A stretch of 64,000 nt of DNA, from assembly GCA_051530055.1 (NCBI GenBank), contig CM121343.1:466389-530388 (forward strand). Reading direction: 5' to 3'. The position numbers and the translations under genes were made by a program. How positions within the stretch are numbered: the first letter of the stretch is position 1; each line of letters opens with the position of its first letter. The DNA is from Neoechinorhynchus agilis (lineage: Eukaryota > Animalia > Acanthocephala). Shown piece by piece: positions 25,874 to 38,505 of the stretch. The notes under the pieces were generated by a model, which saw nothing but the letters and a program-made list of their open reading frames with translations, made no database searches and had not been told where the DNA came from.

Positions 25874-27871
25874 ATGACGCGTTCATCGCCAAACCAGAAC
25901 GATAGTGCCGTACCAAGTGTTATCCATGATAGTCGCCGAGGTCATTCTTACGCCCGTGGCAGGTTCCTCGGCAAAGGCGGGTTCGCTCGCTGCTACGAGC
26001 TGACGGACTTACAAACTTCCTGCGTTTATGCGGGTAAAATCGTATCGAAAACGCTGCTTGTCAAAAGCCACCATGTACAAAAAATGCTCCAAGAAATCGA
26101 AATTCATAGGAAACTAAGGCATCCAAACATTGTAAGGTTCCACAGTTTCTTCGAGGACGATAGTAACGTTTACATTGTAATGGAAATATGCAGAAGGAGG
26201 TCTTTGATGGAGTTGCAGAAACGAAGGAAATGTGTGACTGAACCAGAGGCTAAGTATTTTCTTCATCAGATAACTGATGCTCTAGGTTATCTGCATACAG
26301 AGCGAGTAATCCATCGCGATTTAAAACTAGGCAATTTGTTTATTAATGACGAAATGCTCATTAAAGTCGGTGACTTTGGATTAGCAGCTCAACTGCGTTA
26401 CGACACTGAACGAAAACGAACACTGTGTGGCACTCCGAATTACATCGCACCTGAAGTGCTCGCGAAAAGTGGCCACAGTTACGAAGTCGATATATGGTCA
26501 CTTGGATGTATCCTCTATACTTTACTAATGGGATCACCCCCTTTCGAAACAAATACTTTAAAGGATACTTATATGAGAATCAAAAACAATGATTACTACC
26601 TCCCTGCTGGAGCTGTGTCACTTGCCGCCGATAGCCTCATAAGAGCGATGCTGCATCGAGACCCGACGAAGAGACCCACCGTTGCAATGATCAAAAATTC
26701 CGCATTCTTGGTAGAAGGATATTGCCCTTCGAAACTTCCTGCCTCGTGCTGTTCAATCGCCCCTCGTCACTTCGATACAGAACAAATGTACTCGCGATTT
26801 ATGCAACCTCTTATTTCTGGATCGGCAATGTCGACTTGCGGAAAACTTCCTTTGTCTACAAATGTGAGCACTCGACGCCCTCTTCTTGATTGCAACTATA
26901 AAAGTGGAAATATACCTCCATTGCTGAATCCCATTTTACCTGTTTCACTCCATCGTGACTGTTCTAGGTTTCGTTTTAAAGAAAATATGGCACAGCACGT
27001 CTCGAAACCAATGTGTAGCAACCAGGAATCTCGTGGAATGTTGGAAAGCCTTTCGATTCAAATCAAGGCAGTGCTCGAAAAGTTCAAATCTGGTCAGTGC
27101 TTCCTTGAAAAGTTACCCGAGGATGCGCAAGATCCATCACGCGTCCCTTTTCTTTGGATTACTAGATGGGTTGACTATTCTGACAAATACGGTCTCGGCT
27201 ATCAATTATGCGACGATTCAGTTGGTATAATATTTAACGATAACACTCGACTTATCCAGCCAGTGATTGCTTCATCAAGACTTCAGTATGTAGATCGCGA
27301 TGGTCTTGAGTACGCAGTCTGCATGGATGCTTTTCCAGAAGTGATGTTTAAAAAGGTTACATTGTTCCGCTTTTTCAAGGACTACATGGACAACAACCTA
27401 GTGAAAGCTGGTAGAAACATACCTGTATCCAAACCAATTGATGAGGAACGTCTTACTCGTGTACCTTTTCTCAAAGCATGGTTCCGTACAAGAAATGCGA
27501 TTATAATGCATTTGTCGAATGGTATTCTACAAGTGAACTTTTTTAAGCATCACAACAAGTATATCCTGTGCCCCATTATGGGTGCAATTACAATGATGTC
27601 TACAAAGCTCAATCAGTTCAATGTTTATCCACTAGATAGCCTTGTCAAATACGGTTGCACAAAGCGTCTATTCGCACATTTACGCTATATTCACTGCATG
27701 ATTACCAATATCTTAGACGCAAAGTCCTCGGCGAAAATGGGAACAATGTCTGACAATAACGTACCGACAGCTGATATTTGTACCACAACTACTGAAAATG
27801 GTAATGGAGCAACTACTACAGCCACCGGCGAAGATGGAAGCAGCCTCACACTTCCTACTACCGTCTGGTGA
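25874..27871 (+). CDS. PLK1: Polo-like kinase 1, intronless
   Basis: GKGGFARC, HRDLKLGN, DFGLA, LCGTPNYIAPE kinase motifs plus polo boxes (WVDYSDKYGLGY, HLSNGILQVNF). Confidence 0.97.
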   Translation: MTRSSPNQNDSAVPSVIHDSRRGHSYARGRFLGKGGFARCYELTDLQTSCVYAGKIVSKTLLVKSHHVQKMLQEIEIHRKLRHPNIVRFHSFFEDDSNVYIVMEICRRRSLMELQKRRKCVTEPEAKYFLHQITDALGYLHTERVIHRDLKLGNLFINDEMLIKVGDFGLAAQLRYDTERKRTLCGTPNYIAPEVLAKSGHSYEVDIWSLGCILYTLLMGSPPFETNTLKDTYMRIKNNDYYLPAGAVSLAADSLIRAMLHRDPTKRPTVAMIKNSAFLVEGYCPSKLPASCCSIAPRHFDTEQMYSRFMQPLISGSAMSTCGKLPLSTNVSTRRPLLDCNYKSGNIPPLLNPILPVSLHRDCSRFRFKENMAQHVSKPMCSNQESRGMLESLSIQIKAVLEKFKSGQCFLEKLPEDAQDPSRVPFLWITRWVDYSDKYGLGYQLCDDSVGIIFNDNTRLIQPVIASSRLQYVDRDGLEYAVCMDAFPEVMFKKVTLFRFFKDYMDNNLVKAGRNIPVSKPIDEERLTRVPFLKAWFRTRNAIIMHLSNGILQVNFFKHHNKYILCPIMGAITMMSTKLNQFNVYPLDSLVKYGCTKRLFAHLRYIHCMITNILDAKSSAKMGTMSDNNVPTADICTTTTENGNGATTTATGEDGSSLTLPTTVW

Positions 27872-28718
27872 CTCTCTTTTTTTATTATCCCTGCGGATGA
27901 TAACTGCGAGTGACAACATTTTTGGTCACAAGAAAACATTGAAGCAAGTCAGTAAACAAATCACTAAACACACACACACAACTCGCGTATTTACTACTCA
28001 CATGAACGCCGCCTACAGTAGATCATTGTGCTTGGTCGTAACTGATGATCACCTGAAAAAAGAGGTGTTTAATGTGCAATGATTTTGCTGATATTGATAC
28101 AAAATATCCAACTGCTCAAAAAAATACCACCTGCCTGACTCACTGAAATGCGTGTATGTGCGTACACTGTGAGTTTTAAGATATCTTGCATTTCTAAATG
28201 AACTTTCTTTTTATGCCCGCTTGGGTATCGCATGCTTACGAATTTACATTTTTGGTTGGTGTTTTTGATAGCAGCACTCAAGTATTACGAGTTGCTGGCA
28301 AGAAAGCTTTGTAGAATGGTGAACAGCGATCGGCTTTTATTGGCATCTTATGCTTGATCGATGTGCTCACTAACCAAGACGCTAATAAGTTTTGTTAAAA
28401 ATTAGATTGATCGAGTAAATTCGCCATGTCGACAAATTTCTAATCTTATTCTAATATTTTACTAAAAAAGAGAGTGACTCTATTGAGCAATCCAATGAAT
28501 TAACCACAAGTCGTCGTATTTTAGTTCATACTAATGCTTTAGAATTTATACTCAACGTTCAATGAATGATCTTTTGATATTTGTTTTCAAACTAGAATTA
28601 TTATTTAGAAGTCTCCACCAGGTAAATAGGTTCTTTTTATTAAATATGTTTGAAGATTTTTTTTAGAGATATCTTTATCTTCTTTTTTTTTAACAAGCAT
28701 ACATAATTTATAGTTTCA

Positions 28719-29150
28719 TCAACGCTCCCATTCATCGGCGCTGGCCAAAATGCTGGCCGCATTGCCCCGCTGCACCGCAATCCTTATTTTTGCGCCAAGA
28801 ACGACGTCGATCTTGGCTCTCCAGTCGCCGCGTAAATTCGTTTCCCCAAGTCCTTCAGGAGGGCCAGTGCCGATCCTCCCAAGGTAGGTTTCCACACCGA
28901 AGGGGACAAAATGGTAATTTCGGGTTAGCTCCCTGTATTTTGAGCATTTCCGATCCTCTGCCGTTGTCGCCGCTCCTCCTGGACTTTTTTTTCGCTCTAA
29001 TCTACAAAGATTAGTGGGTTCTAGAATGTTTGGAAGGGAAAGCGTTTTTAGAGTCCTACTCAGAATGGCATTGATTTCAGCATGCCTTGGAAATCGTCCC
29101 GATGATGTCTTGCATATGAGACCGTGTCTCCCCGAAGAGTCCACTGAATT
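28719..29150 (-). mobile_element. CRE-like non-LTR retrotransposon C-terminal fragment (Zn knuckle + REL endonuclease), decayed
   Basis: GRHGLICK...RHAEIN, RKCSKY, FVPFGVET and IAVQRGNAASIL motifs with frameshifts. Confidence 0.85.
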
Positions 29151-30658
29151 GGTGAAAAATTAAAAGAATTTATTGATTCCGCGGCACAATCTTGTACGCG
29201 TTTTTATCAAGATTGTTCATCGGATTCATAATCAGTTCTAAAATACAGGTCCTTAGAACGTTTTTAACAAAATTATTTACTGGCTCCCGCTGGCTTCCTC
29301 ACGTATCGCATTTTTTCAAACTATTTCCAAGGGGATCCTCTACAAATAATAGTTGATAAATCAATAAGAGAAAATCTTTTGAGTTGATAGGGATTTGGTG
29401 ATCATAAGAAAACGGATAAAACGTATTTTACTAAGTCTTGCAGATAGTGACTGGTGGGTAAATCTCGATGAAATATGTTCTATCCCGGATTATGATCACC
29501 ACATCTCCATAAAGATTGATTATAACATGTTCATGATAAAAGTGAAGACTTCAATGCTTTTTATTTGATGAAAGGTTTGCTGACACCTGATTCCATCAGT
29601 TAGTCACCGTTTTTCATATTTTTCATCATTAAAAACGTTAATATGCATACATCGTCGATCCAAAAATGTGTTTGTATGAGGCGTATGAATAATAATAATA
29701 ATCCAAAAATTACGTCCATTATAGCCCCGCCCAGAGCTAGTGGATCTGTGATCACTGAAACTCGGATTAAGTGCCATTTTTATACTAATCCATATTTTTG
29801 AAGATTGGCCAGCCAACCTTTTAGATGAGTCATATGAATGACCGCAGTCGTATTGCTGAATCGATCATCCGTATTCGCGACAGGTTCGACATTGCTACCA
29901 TATCTAATAGGCGAGTATCTCTGATTTGCTCATTATCTGTTGATTATTTATGGGTTAATTCAAAGTTTACGATTTACTTTTCCATGTAGCCTTTTTAATT
30001 GACGAGCATTGCTTTATGCTGTGTTGCAACGAGAAGGCTGATTTGCATCAAATCGAAGCTCACCGGGCATTAGATGGTGTAATGGAAATCGATTTTTTCG
30101 GTTTAGTCACCCAAGCTATAGAATGCTTAATAAAAAAATTGCATATCGCAATAGGAAAACTTCGTAAATCGACTATAACCAATTTACACATTATTTCTTT
30201 TGTAATAATCCAGTCTTTCAATATCTTATCAAGTTTCGTTGCTGGCCCCTTTAACAATCTAAATGGTATTTAGTTTTACTTTTACGATGGAATATTTGAT
30301 CATCCAATTCTACGAGGTGTACACTTATGAACCGACTGATCGCCATTTACATTTATCCATTCTAAATATCGCTTCTGCTTTTTAGATCTGTGATTGTATT
30401 TGTAACAATAGTTTTTCACCTATACTCTACTCGACACTTCGTTTCGCTATTTCGGGCATCGTGGTACAATCCGGGTTTTTTCTATATAGTTTTAAACCAC
30501 TCAAATTATTGTGTAAAACGAGAGCGAGCGCAATTCCATGATCTCATATGAAAAGCTCGTCAGTGTATTCTCTTGTGAACATTCAGCTCAAACTACGTTT
30601 TTATTAGAAAAGATTTCTTGATCCAAACCAATAACTCTGTTTAAAACGAAAGTTTTGC

Positions 30659-32408
30659 TTATTCGCAATACATAATCCTAATCGTGTTAGTGCTCCCTAC
30701 CCCTGTTCGCCATCCGGTGACACATATCATTCCATCATTTTTGCGAACATAGCCAGATACTTTGGCCACTTGTATTGCCTTTTCTACCCTTCGATCAATG
30801 CTTATCATCCACTGATCGCTTTGGGTTTCTTCACTATAAAATTTAGTTTGTCTGCCATTTCCGACATATTCCCCCTGTGGGGTACTTCGACCATCCTCGT
30901 AAAGTATCGGATGACAACCTCTGTGAAGATTCAGTGCTCTAGCCGTCTTCTCATCTCTTGTCACTGCCAAAATCATTGCTTTGGGTTGGTACTTTGCAAT
31001 GTTTCTCGCCGATTGGCCAGTTGATGTTAAGACAATGATGATTGAAGCATTAAGACGGAAGGATGCTTCGACTGCAGCTACTGCGGCAGCATCTACTTTG
31101 TCGATTTCTTCCTATATCCACTTTTAGAGAAAGAAATCTACAAATTTACATGGTTGATTGGCGTTCCTGAATAGTTTCGGAGGCTTTCGAATCGATCTAT
31201 GTAATTCATGCAGCGCTCGGCCTCTCTTGCGATGGCATCCATTAAGCTAACACATTGGATCGGATACTCACCTTTAGCAGTTTCACCACTCAGCATTACA
31301 CAATCGGCCCCATCCAGCACAGCATTGGCAACATCACTCACTTCAGCCCTTGTAGCTCTCGGGCGGTATGTCATTGATTCTAACATTTGTGTAGCACAAA
31401 TGACCGGAATGCCAGCTAAATTACATTTTGATATAATGATCTTCTGAGCCACAAATACTTTTTGTGGCGGTATTTCGATTCCCATATCCCCTCGAGCTAC
31501 CATGATTCCATCCGTTTCTTTTATAATTTCGTCAAGATTATCTAAACCTTGTTGATTTTCTAATTTAGCTATAATTTTAATATGCTTTCCATTTGGATGT
31601 TCGAGAAGTATTTTACGGATCTGCCTTATTGCTTCGGCGTCCCTAACAAAAGAAGCAAAAATGTAATCAATATTCATTTGCATGCCAAATCGAATATCCT
31701 CTACATCTTTATCGGAAACAGCGGGTAAATCGACGGGAATATCAGGTAGGTTAATCCCCTTTCGACTTCCAAGCTTTCCACCATTAACGACTTCGCATCG
31801 CACTCTCCCATTAATCCTATCTACAGCCCGGACAACTAAATTAATCAAGCCATCATCGGCGTAAACATGATTCCCTGGTTCCAAAAGATTTGGCATTTTG
31901 TTGTAGGTCACATATAGATTATCCTGTACGCTGGCTGACTCATAAGTTGCGTCCGTGGTAAAGGTGACACATTCTCCATCTCTTAAATTTATAAAGCCTT
32001 TCGGATCATCTTTCAGCAATCCGGTACGAATCTCTGGACCTTTTTGGCGGACAATCGCGGTCAAAGCGGATTCACCCTCATTCAAAAATGACCACGATAA
32101 TCAGCTCTAGTATCCAATGCTATAGCAATTGGTCTTACATCCAACCATCCTAACACCTTTTCTGCTTTTCGAATATTTTCGATACTTTCCCGATGGTACT
32201 CATGGGTGCCATGCGAAAAATTTAACCTAGCAACATTCATGCCAGCATTCATTAGTTCGACAAGCATCTCCACATTTTGTGACGCTGGACCGAGGGTACA
32301 AATGATCCCCGTTCGTCGCGCAGATCCTATAGTCTCCCCACGTAGCTGTAATTGAGTCAAATGTTGAATAGTATTAACCGGTTGACCGCCGAAGATCGCT
32401 GAAGGCAT
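30659..32408 (-). CDS. PK: Pyruvate kinase; canonical 38 nt intron near 31113-31150 and a non-canonical ~62-68 nt interruption at ~32040-32107
   Basis: [67 protein letters not shown] motifs. Confidence 0.96.
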
Positions 32409-33115
32409 TGTGTTGGAGGTGGTTTAGGTTGTGAGTTTAGCACCGTGTCCGTATTAGATCTATATTAATAGCTTTTCCGTGCTCCTAGTGGTGCTGACTA
32501 GTGACACGTTTTATCTTAGAGGGTAAGAGCTATTTTTACTCTTGGTTCTGTATGGGAAACTCTCATACATCTAGAGGATGTGGAATCGTAGTTAACGTAC
32601 GTGCCGCTGGGATGCATGTCAATTCTCGTGATCCAGTAAATTCGCATAGATGAAGCCATTTCCCAAGCAACCATGCACCACGTTTGACGGAGTAATGAGC
32701 AGCGATCCACATTTTCTCGTAGCACTGTGCTGCGATGATAGTGTGGCAGAATAAAGCCAATCCAACACATAACGCTCTATTGATTTCTGTAACCCATACG
32801 CTCGCGCGCGCGCCAAAATCTAGAGCCTCAAATCACTGACTCGGCATATTCAAATGTTAAACAGCATTCAACGATTTTATCGTCTTTTGGCGAATTTAGT
32901 GCAGAATCAAAAAGTGTGTCAGTCATTGAAGCATTATAATAAAGAAATTCCGAACCTTCTTTTTTTGCTTACTCGGCTTGTACAGTTACCTAAAAATACT
33001 ATCTTGTAAAGAAATTGTTCATGTTTATCTATATGTTCTTTGGCGATTAGAAGAATAGATATTGATTTATTAATTCTCAATATTTCGTCCATCTCGTCCC
33101 ACTTCAACTTTCAAA

Positions 33116-33146
33116 CAACCTGAAGAAGACTGACGAAATATTTTTG
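33116..33146 (+). ncRNA. Hammerhead-like motif with very short stem II (family C), part of an inverted pair 33062-33160
   Basis: CTGAAGA-A-GACTGAC-GAAATAT-T; mirrored by a degenerate aatatttcgtcc arm. Confidence 0.45.
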
Positions 33147-33446
33147 AATTAATAAATCAATATCTGTTTGCATCTAGCGTAAAAAAAGGATTTATTACTT
33201 CCAATATTTAGGCACAATCTTATACATTTATGAGGCTATATTCATTCGCTGGGTAGAAACAGTTGAAGAGAGAATAAGGCGGATTTTAAACTAAATCTTA
33301 GTGCAATTTGAATGTAATCATATCCCACGTGTGTTTTTAGGCCTTGATAAACGAGTACAAGATTGTGTCGCCGGTGTATTGGAATCAATAAGTCCTTTTA
33401 TTTGTTCTTTGGTGATTATCAAAATAGAGACTGTTTTATTGATCTT

Positions 33447-33482
33447 AATATTTCGTCTGTTTGATCGGACTTCTTCAGGTTG
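33447..33482 (-). ncRNA. Minimal hammerhead ribozyme motif (family C)
   Basis: AAC-CTGAAGA-A-GTC-CGATCAAACA-GAC-GAAATAT-T. Confidence 0.65.
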
Positions 33483-34490
33483 TTAGTAATAGTCGCTTGA
33501 CCAAAGAACAAATAAAACCTTTTAATTTCTACGCCGAATACAAACGTGAACGATTCAATCACCAAAGGACACAAAAATACTTTACCTGCAGTAGATTGAG
33601 GACAATATTTGAACTGAGAATAGTTTTAGACCTCTCTCATTTTAGTTTGACTTTTGGTTTTCGATCGACTTATGCTAATCTTAGAACTCCTCAGGACGTT
33701 GATTAGATTCAATGATGGTTTGCTGGTCTGTGATATAAGCGTTGCATATCTGATAGCCATTCAGCTCTGAGTGTTTATCATCGTCGCTTGGTTGCAACAT
33801 AAACATCTACATAGTTTCTATGAAGCTTGCCGGCGGGGCACTCTATTGAAGGAAAGCAATTTTAGCTATAGATTTTTATGATTCTAACTAAACTGAAGCT
33901 ATCAGTCAAAGTATTAATTGTCTCGTCACACTGATGGATAAGTTAACTACACCAAACAAAATACTGTTTTTTTGCGGTAATTATTTGCTAGTTTCATTTG
34001 GCTATTATGGTAATCTAAAAAATTAGTTTTCGATAATGTGAGGTTCTACATATATGTTGTTGTTGAATAATTGAAAAGTAATTCGTCGTTGTTGTTGTTG
34101 TTGTTGGTTTTTTTTGTAATGAAAATTTGCAAGTACTCATTATCACCAAGTGTTTTTTTTAGCAACAGATACAAGAAGGAAGGAAAACTATGCGATCACA
34201 GTGCAAGTTTGCTTTGTAAGTATTAAATTGTAGCGATGGCATTGATTCTGCGAATCTGTATTTGTTCCCACATCCTGCAACCATCACTTGGTCAGGAGGA
34301 TACATCTTTGAATACGTTGTGTGCGCGATATGGAACTGGCAAAGAATAGAAACTGCATAATTGCTGCAAGCCAAGCATAAGACGTACACGTATACTGACA
34401 CGGGGCTTTTGCATCGAAGCCGAGACAGATGAATTGCTTGGACCCATCAGGATTAGGCAATGCGCACGGATATCAACATCTTGCCATTTA

Positions 34491-34497
34491 TATAAAA
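34491..34497 (+). promoter_or_regulatory. TATA box upstream of actin
   Basis: TATAAAAG ~90 bp before the actin ATG. Confidence 0.55.
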
Positions 34498-34582
34498 GGA
34501 TAGGAAATGTTTGGGTCTTAGATACTGTCGCCGTTACAACTTATACCGCTTCTAGAAAGCAGTACGCGTTGCAGAAGACGAA

Positions 34583-35713
34583 ATGGCCGATGAGGATGTT
34601 GCCGCCGTAGTAATCGATAATGGTTCAGGCGTCTGCAAGGCTGGGTTCGCCGGAGACGACGCACCTAGAGTCGTTTTTCCATCAATTGTTGGACGACCTA
34701 GATATCAAGCTGTTATGGTTGGGATGGGTCAGAAGGATTCTTATGTCGGGGATGAAGCTCAAAGCAAACGAGGGATTTTAACACTTAAATATCCAATCGA
34801 ACATGGTATTATTACTAATTGGGATGACATGGAAAAGGTGTGGCATCATACGTTCTACAATGAACTTCGAGTGGCTCCAGAAGAGCATCCTACTCTGCAC
34901 ACAGAGGCACCTCTAAATCCAAAGGTCAACAGGGAAAAGATGACCCAAATAATGTTTGAAACCTTTAATGCACCAGCGATGTATGTCGCCATTCAGGCCG
35001 TCCTTTCTTTATACGCCTCAGGGCGAACAACTGGAGTCGTACTTGACTCCGGTGATGGCGTAACGCATACGGTTCCGATCTATGAAGGTTATGCCCTTCC
35101 TCATGCTATTCTACGGTTAGACCTTGCTGGACGCGACCTTACCGATTATATGATGAAAATAATGACCGAACGTGGGTACGCTTTTGTTACTTCAGCGGAA
35201 AGAGAAATCGTAAGGGATGTCAAGGAAAAATTGTGCTATGTTGCACTTGATTTCGAGCAGGAAATATCCATTGCTGCAGCGTCGTCATCCCTAGAGAAAA
35301 GTTACGAATTACCCGATGGACAAGTAATTACCGTCGGAAACGAACGATTTAGATGTCCCGAGGCGCTTTTTCAACCATCGTTCGTTGGAATGGAGATTGC
35401 TGGCGTGCATGAAACTACTTTTAACTCCATTATGCGCTGTGATATAGACATTCGCAAAGATCTCTATGCCAATACCGTTTTGTCAGGTGGAAGCAGCATG
35501 TATCCTGGAATCGCTGACCGAATGCAAAAGGAAATGACTGCTCTTGCGCCAAGCACTATTAAAATCAAGATTATTGCTCCACCTGAACGCAAATACTCTG
35601 TGTGGATAGGAGGATCCATTCTCGCTTCTTTGTCCACTTTTCAGTCAATGTGGATCTCGAAAGACGAATACGATGAAAGTGGACCTTCAATCGTTCACAG
35701 GAAATGTTTTTAA
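34583..35713 (+). CDS. ACT: Actin, intronless, somewhat divergent isoform
   Basis: 376 aa, [24 protein letters not shown], ...IVHRKCF. Confidence 0.98.
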   Translation: MADEDVAAVVIDNGSGVCKAGFAGDDAPRVVFPSIVGRPRYQAVMVGMGQKDSYVGDEAQSKRGILTLKYPIEHGIITNWDDMEKVWHHTFYNELRVAPEEHPTLHTEAPLNPKVNREKMTQIMFETFNAPAMYVAIQAVLSLYASGRTTGVVLDSGDGVTHTVPIYEGYALPHAILRLDLAGRDLTDYMMKIMTERGYAFVTSAEREIVRDVKEKLCYVALDFEQEISIAAASSSLEKSYELPDGQVITVGNERFRCPEALFQPSFVGMEIAGVHETTFNSIMRCDIDIRKDLYANTVLSGGSSMYPGIADRMQKEMTALAPSTIKIKIIAPPERKYSVWIGGSILASLSTFQSMWISKDEYDESGPSIVHRKCF

Positions 35714-36749
35714 GATGGTTATTCTTGTGGTGATCTTTTTTTAACTTTAAGACATATTTTATTTTCGAGGCGCTTAATTTTCGCACTTCGCCCACTTCAA
35801 TGCTTATAGATAAACCATTTCACTATGACCTTTTTAGCTTCTGATGGAAAACAATCGGAATGCAGTATAGGAAATGGCTTATTGGGACCATGGGCAATAC
35901 TCGTAAGTGACAATGATCAAATGAATTTGACGATAGACACAGCAAATGAAACGGAAAAGTGAGTTTGTAATTTAGTAAATCGCTCATATGATAAGCGATT
36001 TTAGTTCTGAATGGACATTTGATCAAGCAATTCGAAGAGCGCAAAGTAATCTAATGTGTAAGTTCTTCTCAAGGTTATTTGTGACACCTTTTACACTGAT
36101 TATAAATTCGCGTAATATTTAATTAGCTTACCTGCGTGCTGATTAACACAGTCTTGATTTAGTACAAACCTAATAGTAACTTCGTTTGTGTCGCTAAAGA
36201 TTTTGTCGCCTGAAAATAAGCTTTATCGTAAAATGCATGCATCAAATGATTTAAATCTCTACCCGGCTAAAAAACTTAGAAATTTAAGAAAATGCTTTCA
36301 TCGTAATTTCTACTAAATTTATTAAGTATTTATTTTGCCTCTCGGCGAACTAAAGAAAAATGATTTAATTTTAACTTAATGTTTCGTCCTCTACGTGGAA
36401 CTTCTTCAAAATTCCCATCTCTTTAACATCTAGGCAAGTTCAAACATTCGCTCGCATCGAATGAGTTCAACACAAAGACGCCGCAAAACGATTGCGCCAA
36501 CTTAAGTAATAATATGAGGGTATGTGGAACAATAAATACTTCAACTGTTGTCTCTCAAGAACATCTAGGAATTGCAAAATTATGTACTACAATCTATCGC
36601 GTATTATTTTTATGGATTTGAACAATTGACGAGTGTTCGAAAACAGGAGGAATTGGAATTTATCAATTACATTATATGTTTAATTAACGAGAGAAGTGCA
36701 TACATATAGATCAATGCTGATTGTATAGTTCAAAATATTTAATTTATTA

Positions 36750-37482
36750 GAGGACTGCTGCAATAACGGCTTGAATGATGATATCACAAGTATTCAATCG
36801 ATCACGGCACCGGATAGCGTAGAGGAGCCGCCATTTAGTATTAGAGGTCGCGACGGACAGTGCTTTGGGACCTTGCCATTTAAGGATCTGACAAAACTGT
36901 TCCCAGCGACTGAGAAATGCATTTTAACCGAATCAAATCTTGAAAGTCAACAATGCAAATCTAGCTCAGGTAAATTTCCCAAAAGAACCCTCAGCGAGAT
37001 GCAATAATATTTGTAATGTAAATCCTTCAGTTAGGAGATCCAAGTCACTTACGATTGACATTTGGCCTGCTGAACTTAAAACCAAGGGCACTTTTACAAC
37101 AAATAAATATTTAAGACAGGAAACGACTGTGCAGACAGACACACAAATGTTCATTCTAAGCTTTGAACCAGAAAATTACTGGAACAGAAAGGTCTTAGAC
37201 CTGGAACGATGGATGAAGGATTCCGTCACATCAGATGATGCTGCCAATGATGCAAACTATAACTTTATTAAGAGCTTAGCTTACGAAGTTGAATGGTCAA
37301 CTGATTACGAAAAAGATCCTTGGCTCTACAACGTTATGAGAAAGGTTTCTATCCTCTGGGATATATCAACCAGTGACATCAATAGAGTGTGCGAAAAGGT
37401 AATGCATTTTTTGTGATTTTTATCGATAAAATACTGCTCAAAAAGATAAGCTTGCTTTTAGGCTTTTATAAAGCAAGAATGA
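36750..37482 (+). CDS. Hypothetical protein, at least 3 exons (GT-AG introns ~36970-37030 and 37399-37461); 5' end upstream
   Basis: Two long overlapping ORFs joined in frame by canonical splice sites; no family recognised. Confidence 0.55.
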
Positions 37483-38505
37483 CAATCGAAGGGAAAAACA
37501 ATTCCGCCATGGTTTGTGATGATGAGACTTGCGCTGAAATTCGCTCGACTATTAATTTAATGTAATTTTGGAATTAAATGTGCCATTTTAGATCTAGTTT
37601 GGTTTTATTAAAGCGGTACGTGTTGATAATAAATCGGTCGATGATAAGGAACGAAATATATTGATTGTAGCATTTTTCTTAGATAATTGTTGGGTAATAA
37701 GGACGTTCTATAATTTTAAGCATTTTCTTTCCCAATAAATGAATCACTCAGATTTACTCAATGGTGAGCAGCATAAGATAAGCAAACCTATTATCAGATT
37801 TCATCGCATTCATGTAGTAGAAGATTCTGGTTTTACCGAGTATCGACAGTTTGGATAACTGTTTTTTTACTAATGTGCATCTCGAGGAGGATCATAGCCT
37901 AAAATAGGGGACGTTGAACAATCCTAAAATCACATCTTTGACCGTTGTCCATTCCGTCAATTTGTATCATTAGAATTTTTATTAATGATGTCCGTAAAGC
38001 AATTGTGGCTCTATTTAGGTGGGACCTGTTCGAGTCTAAAATTCCGATAGATTGAGAGCATGAAATATACAATAATGTTTCTAATAGTGCGTCTCCGACA
38101 CATTAGTTTTAGATGGAATTTTCAATGTTTGATTTGAAATTTAAATACGAGATGTAAGACATGTTCAATTTTATGTTGACTAATCAGTCACTTAATTTAG
38201 TCTGTTTTAGGATAGGAATAAAATTTAAGTGCTTTGAAAATCTTCTTAGTTATAGAGATTAAGTGGTGATTATTAGTAAAGCTGACTGATGTGTGCTCGT
38301 CGATATAGACCATAAAAATCACAGTGAATGAATTTCTGTGCTTGGAATAACTAAAACTGCATCGATCTTTTTTTGTAATTGAAAACGGAAAAGTAACTTT
38401 GTGTTTTTAGACCTAGACGCGGGTTCGCCGTGCTTTAAAGCTTCTCTGACTATAATCACTGCCATCACGCCCTCATTTGTCAAAAAGTAATTATCTCAAT
38501 TATTT

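Noticed and set aside
29300-30300. Possible exons (ORFs 29604-29816, 30060-30257)
   Set aside because: Could not assemble a coherent gene; partly overlaps a dispersed repeat family also at ~12870, 33345, 54800 and 58240
31113-31150. Second break in pyruvate kinase
   Set aside because: Canonical 38 nt GTAAAT...TAG intron
32516-32816. Overlapping short ORFs upstream of pyruvate kinase
   Set aside because: No recognisable motif or consistent splice pattern; likely promoter/UTR
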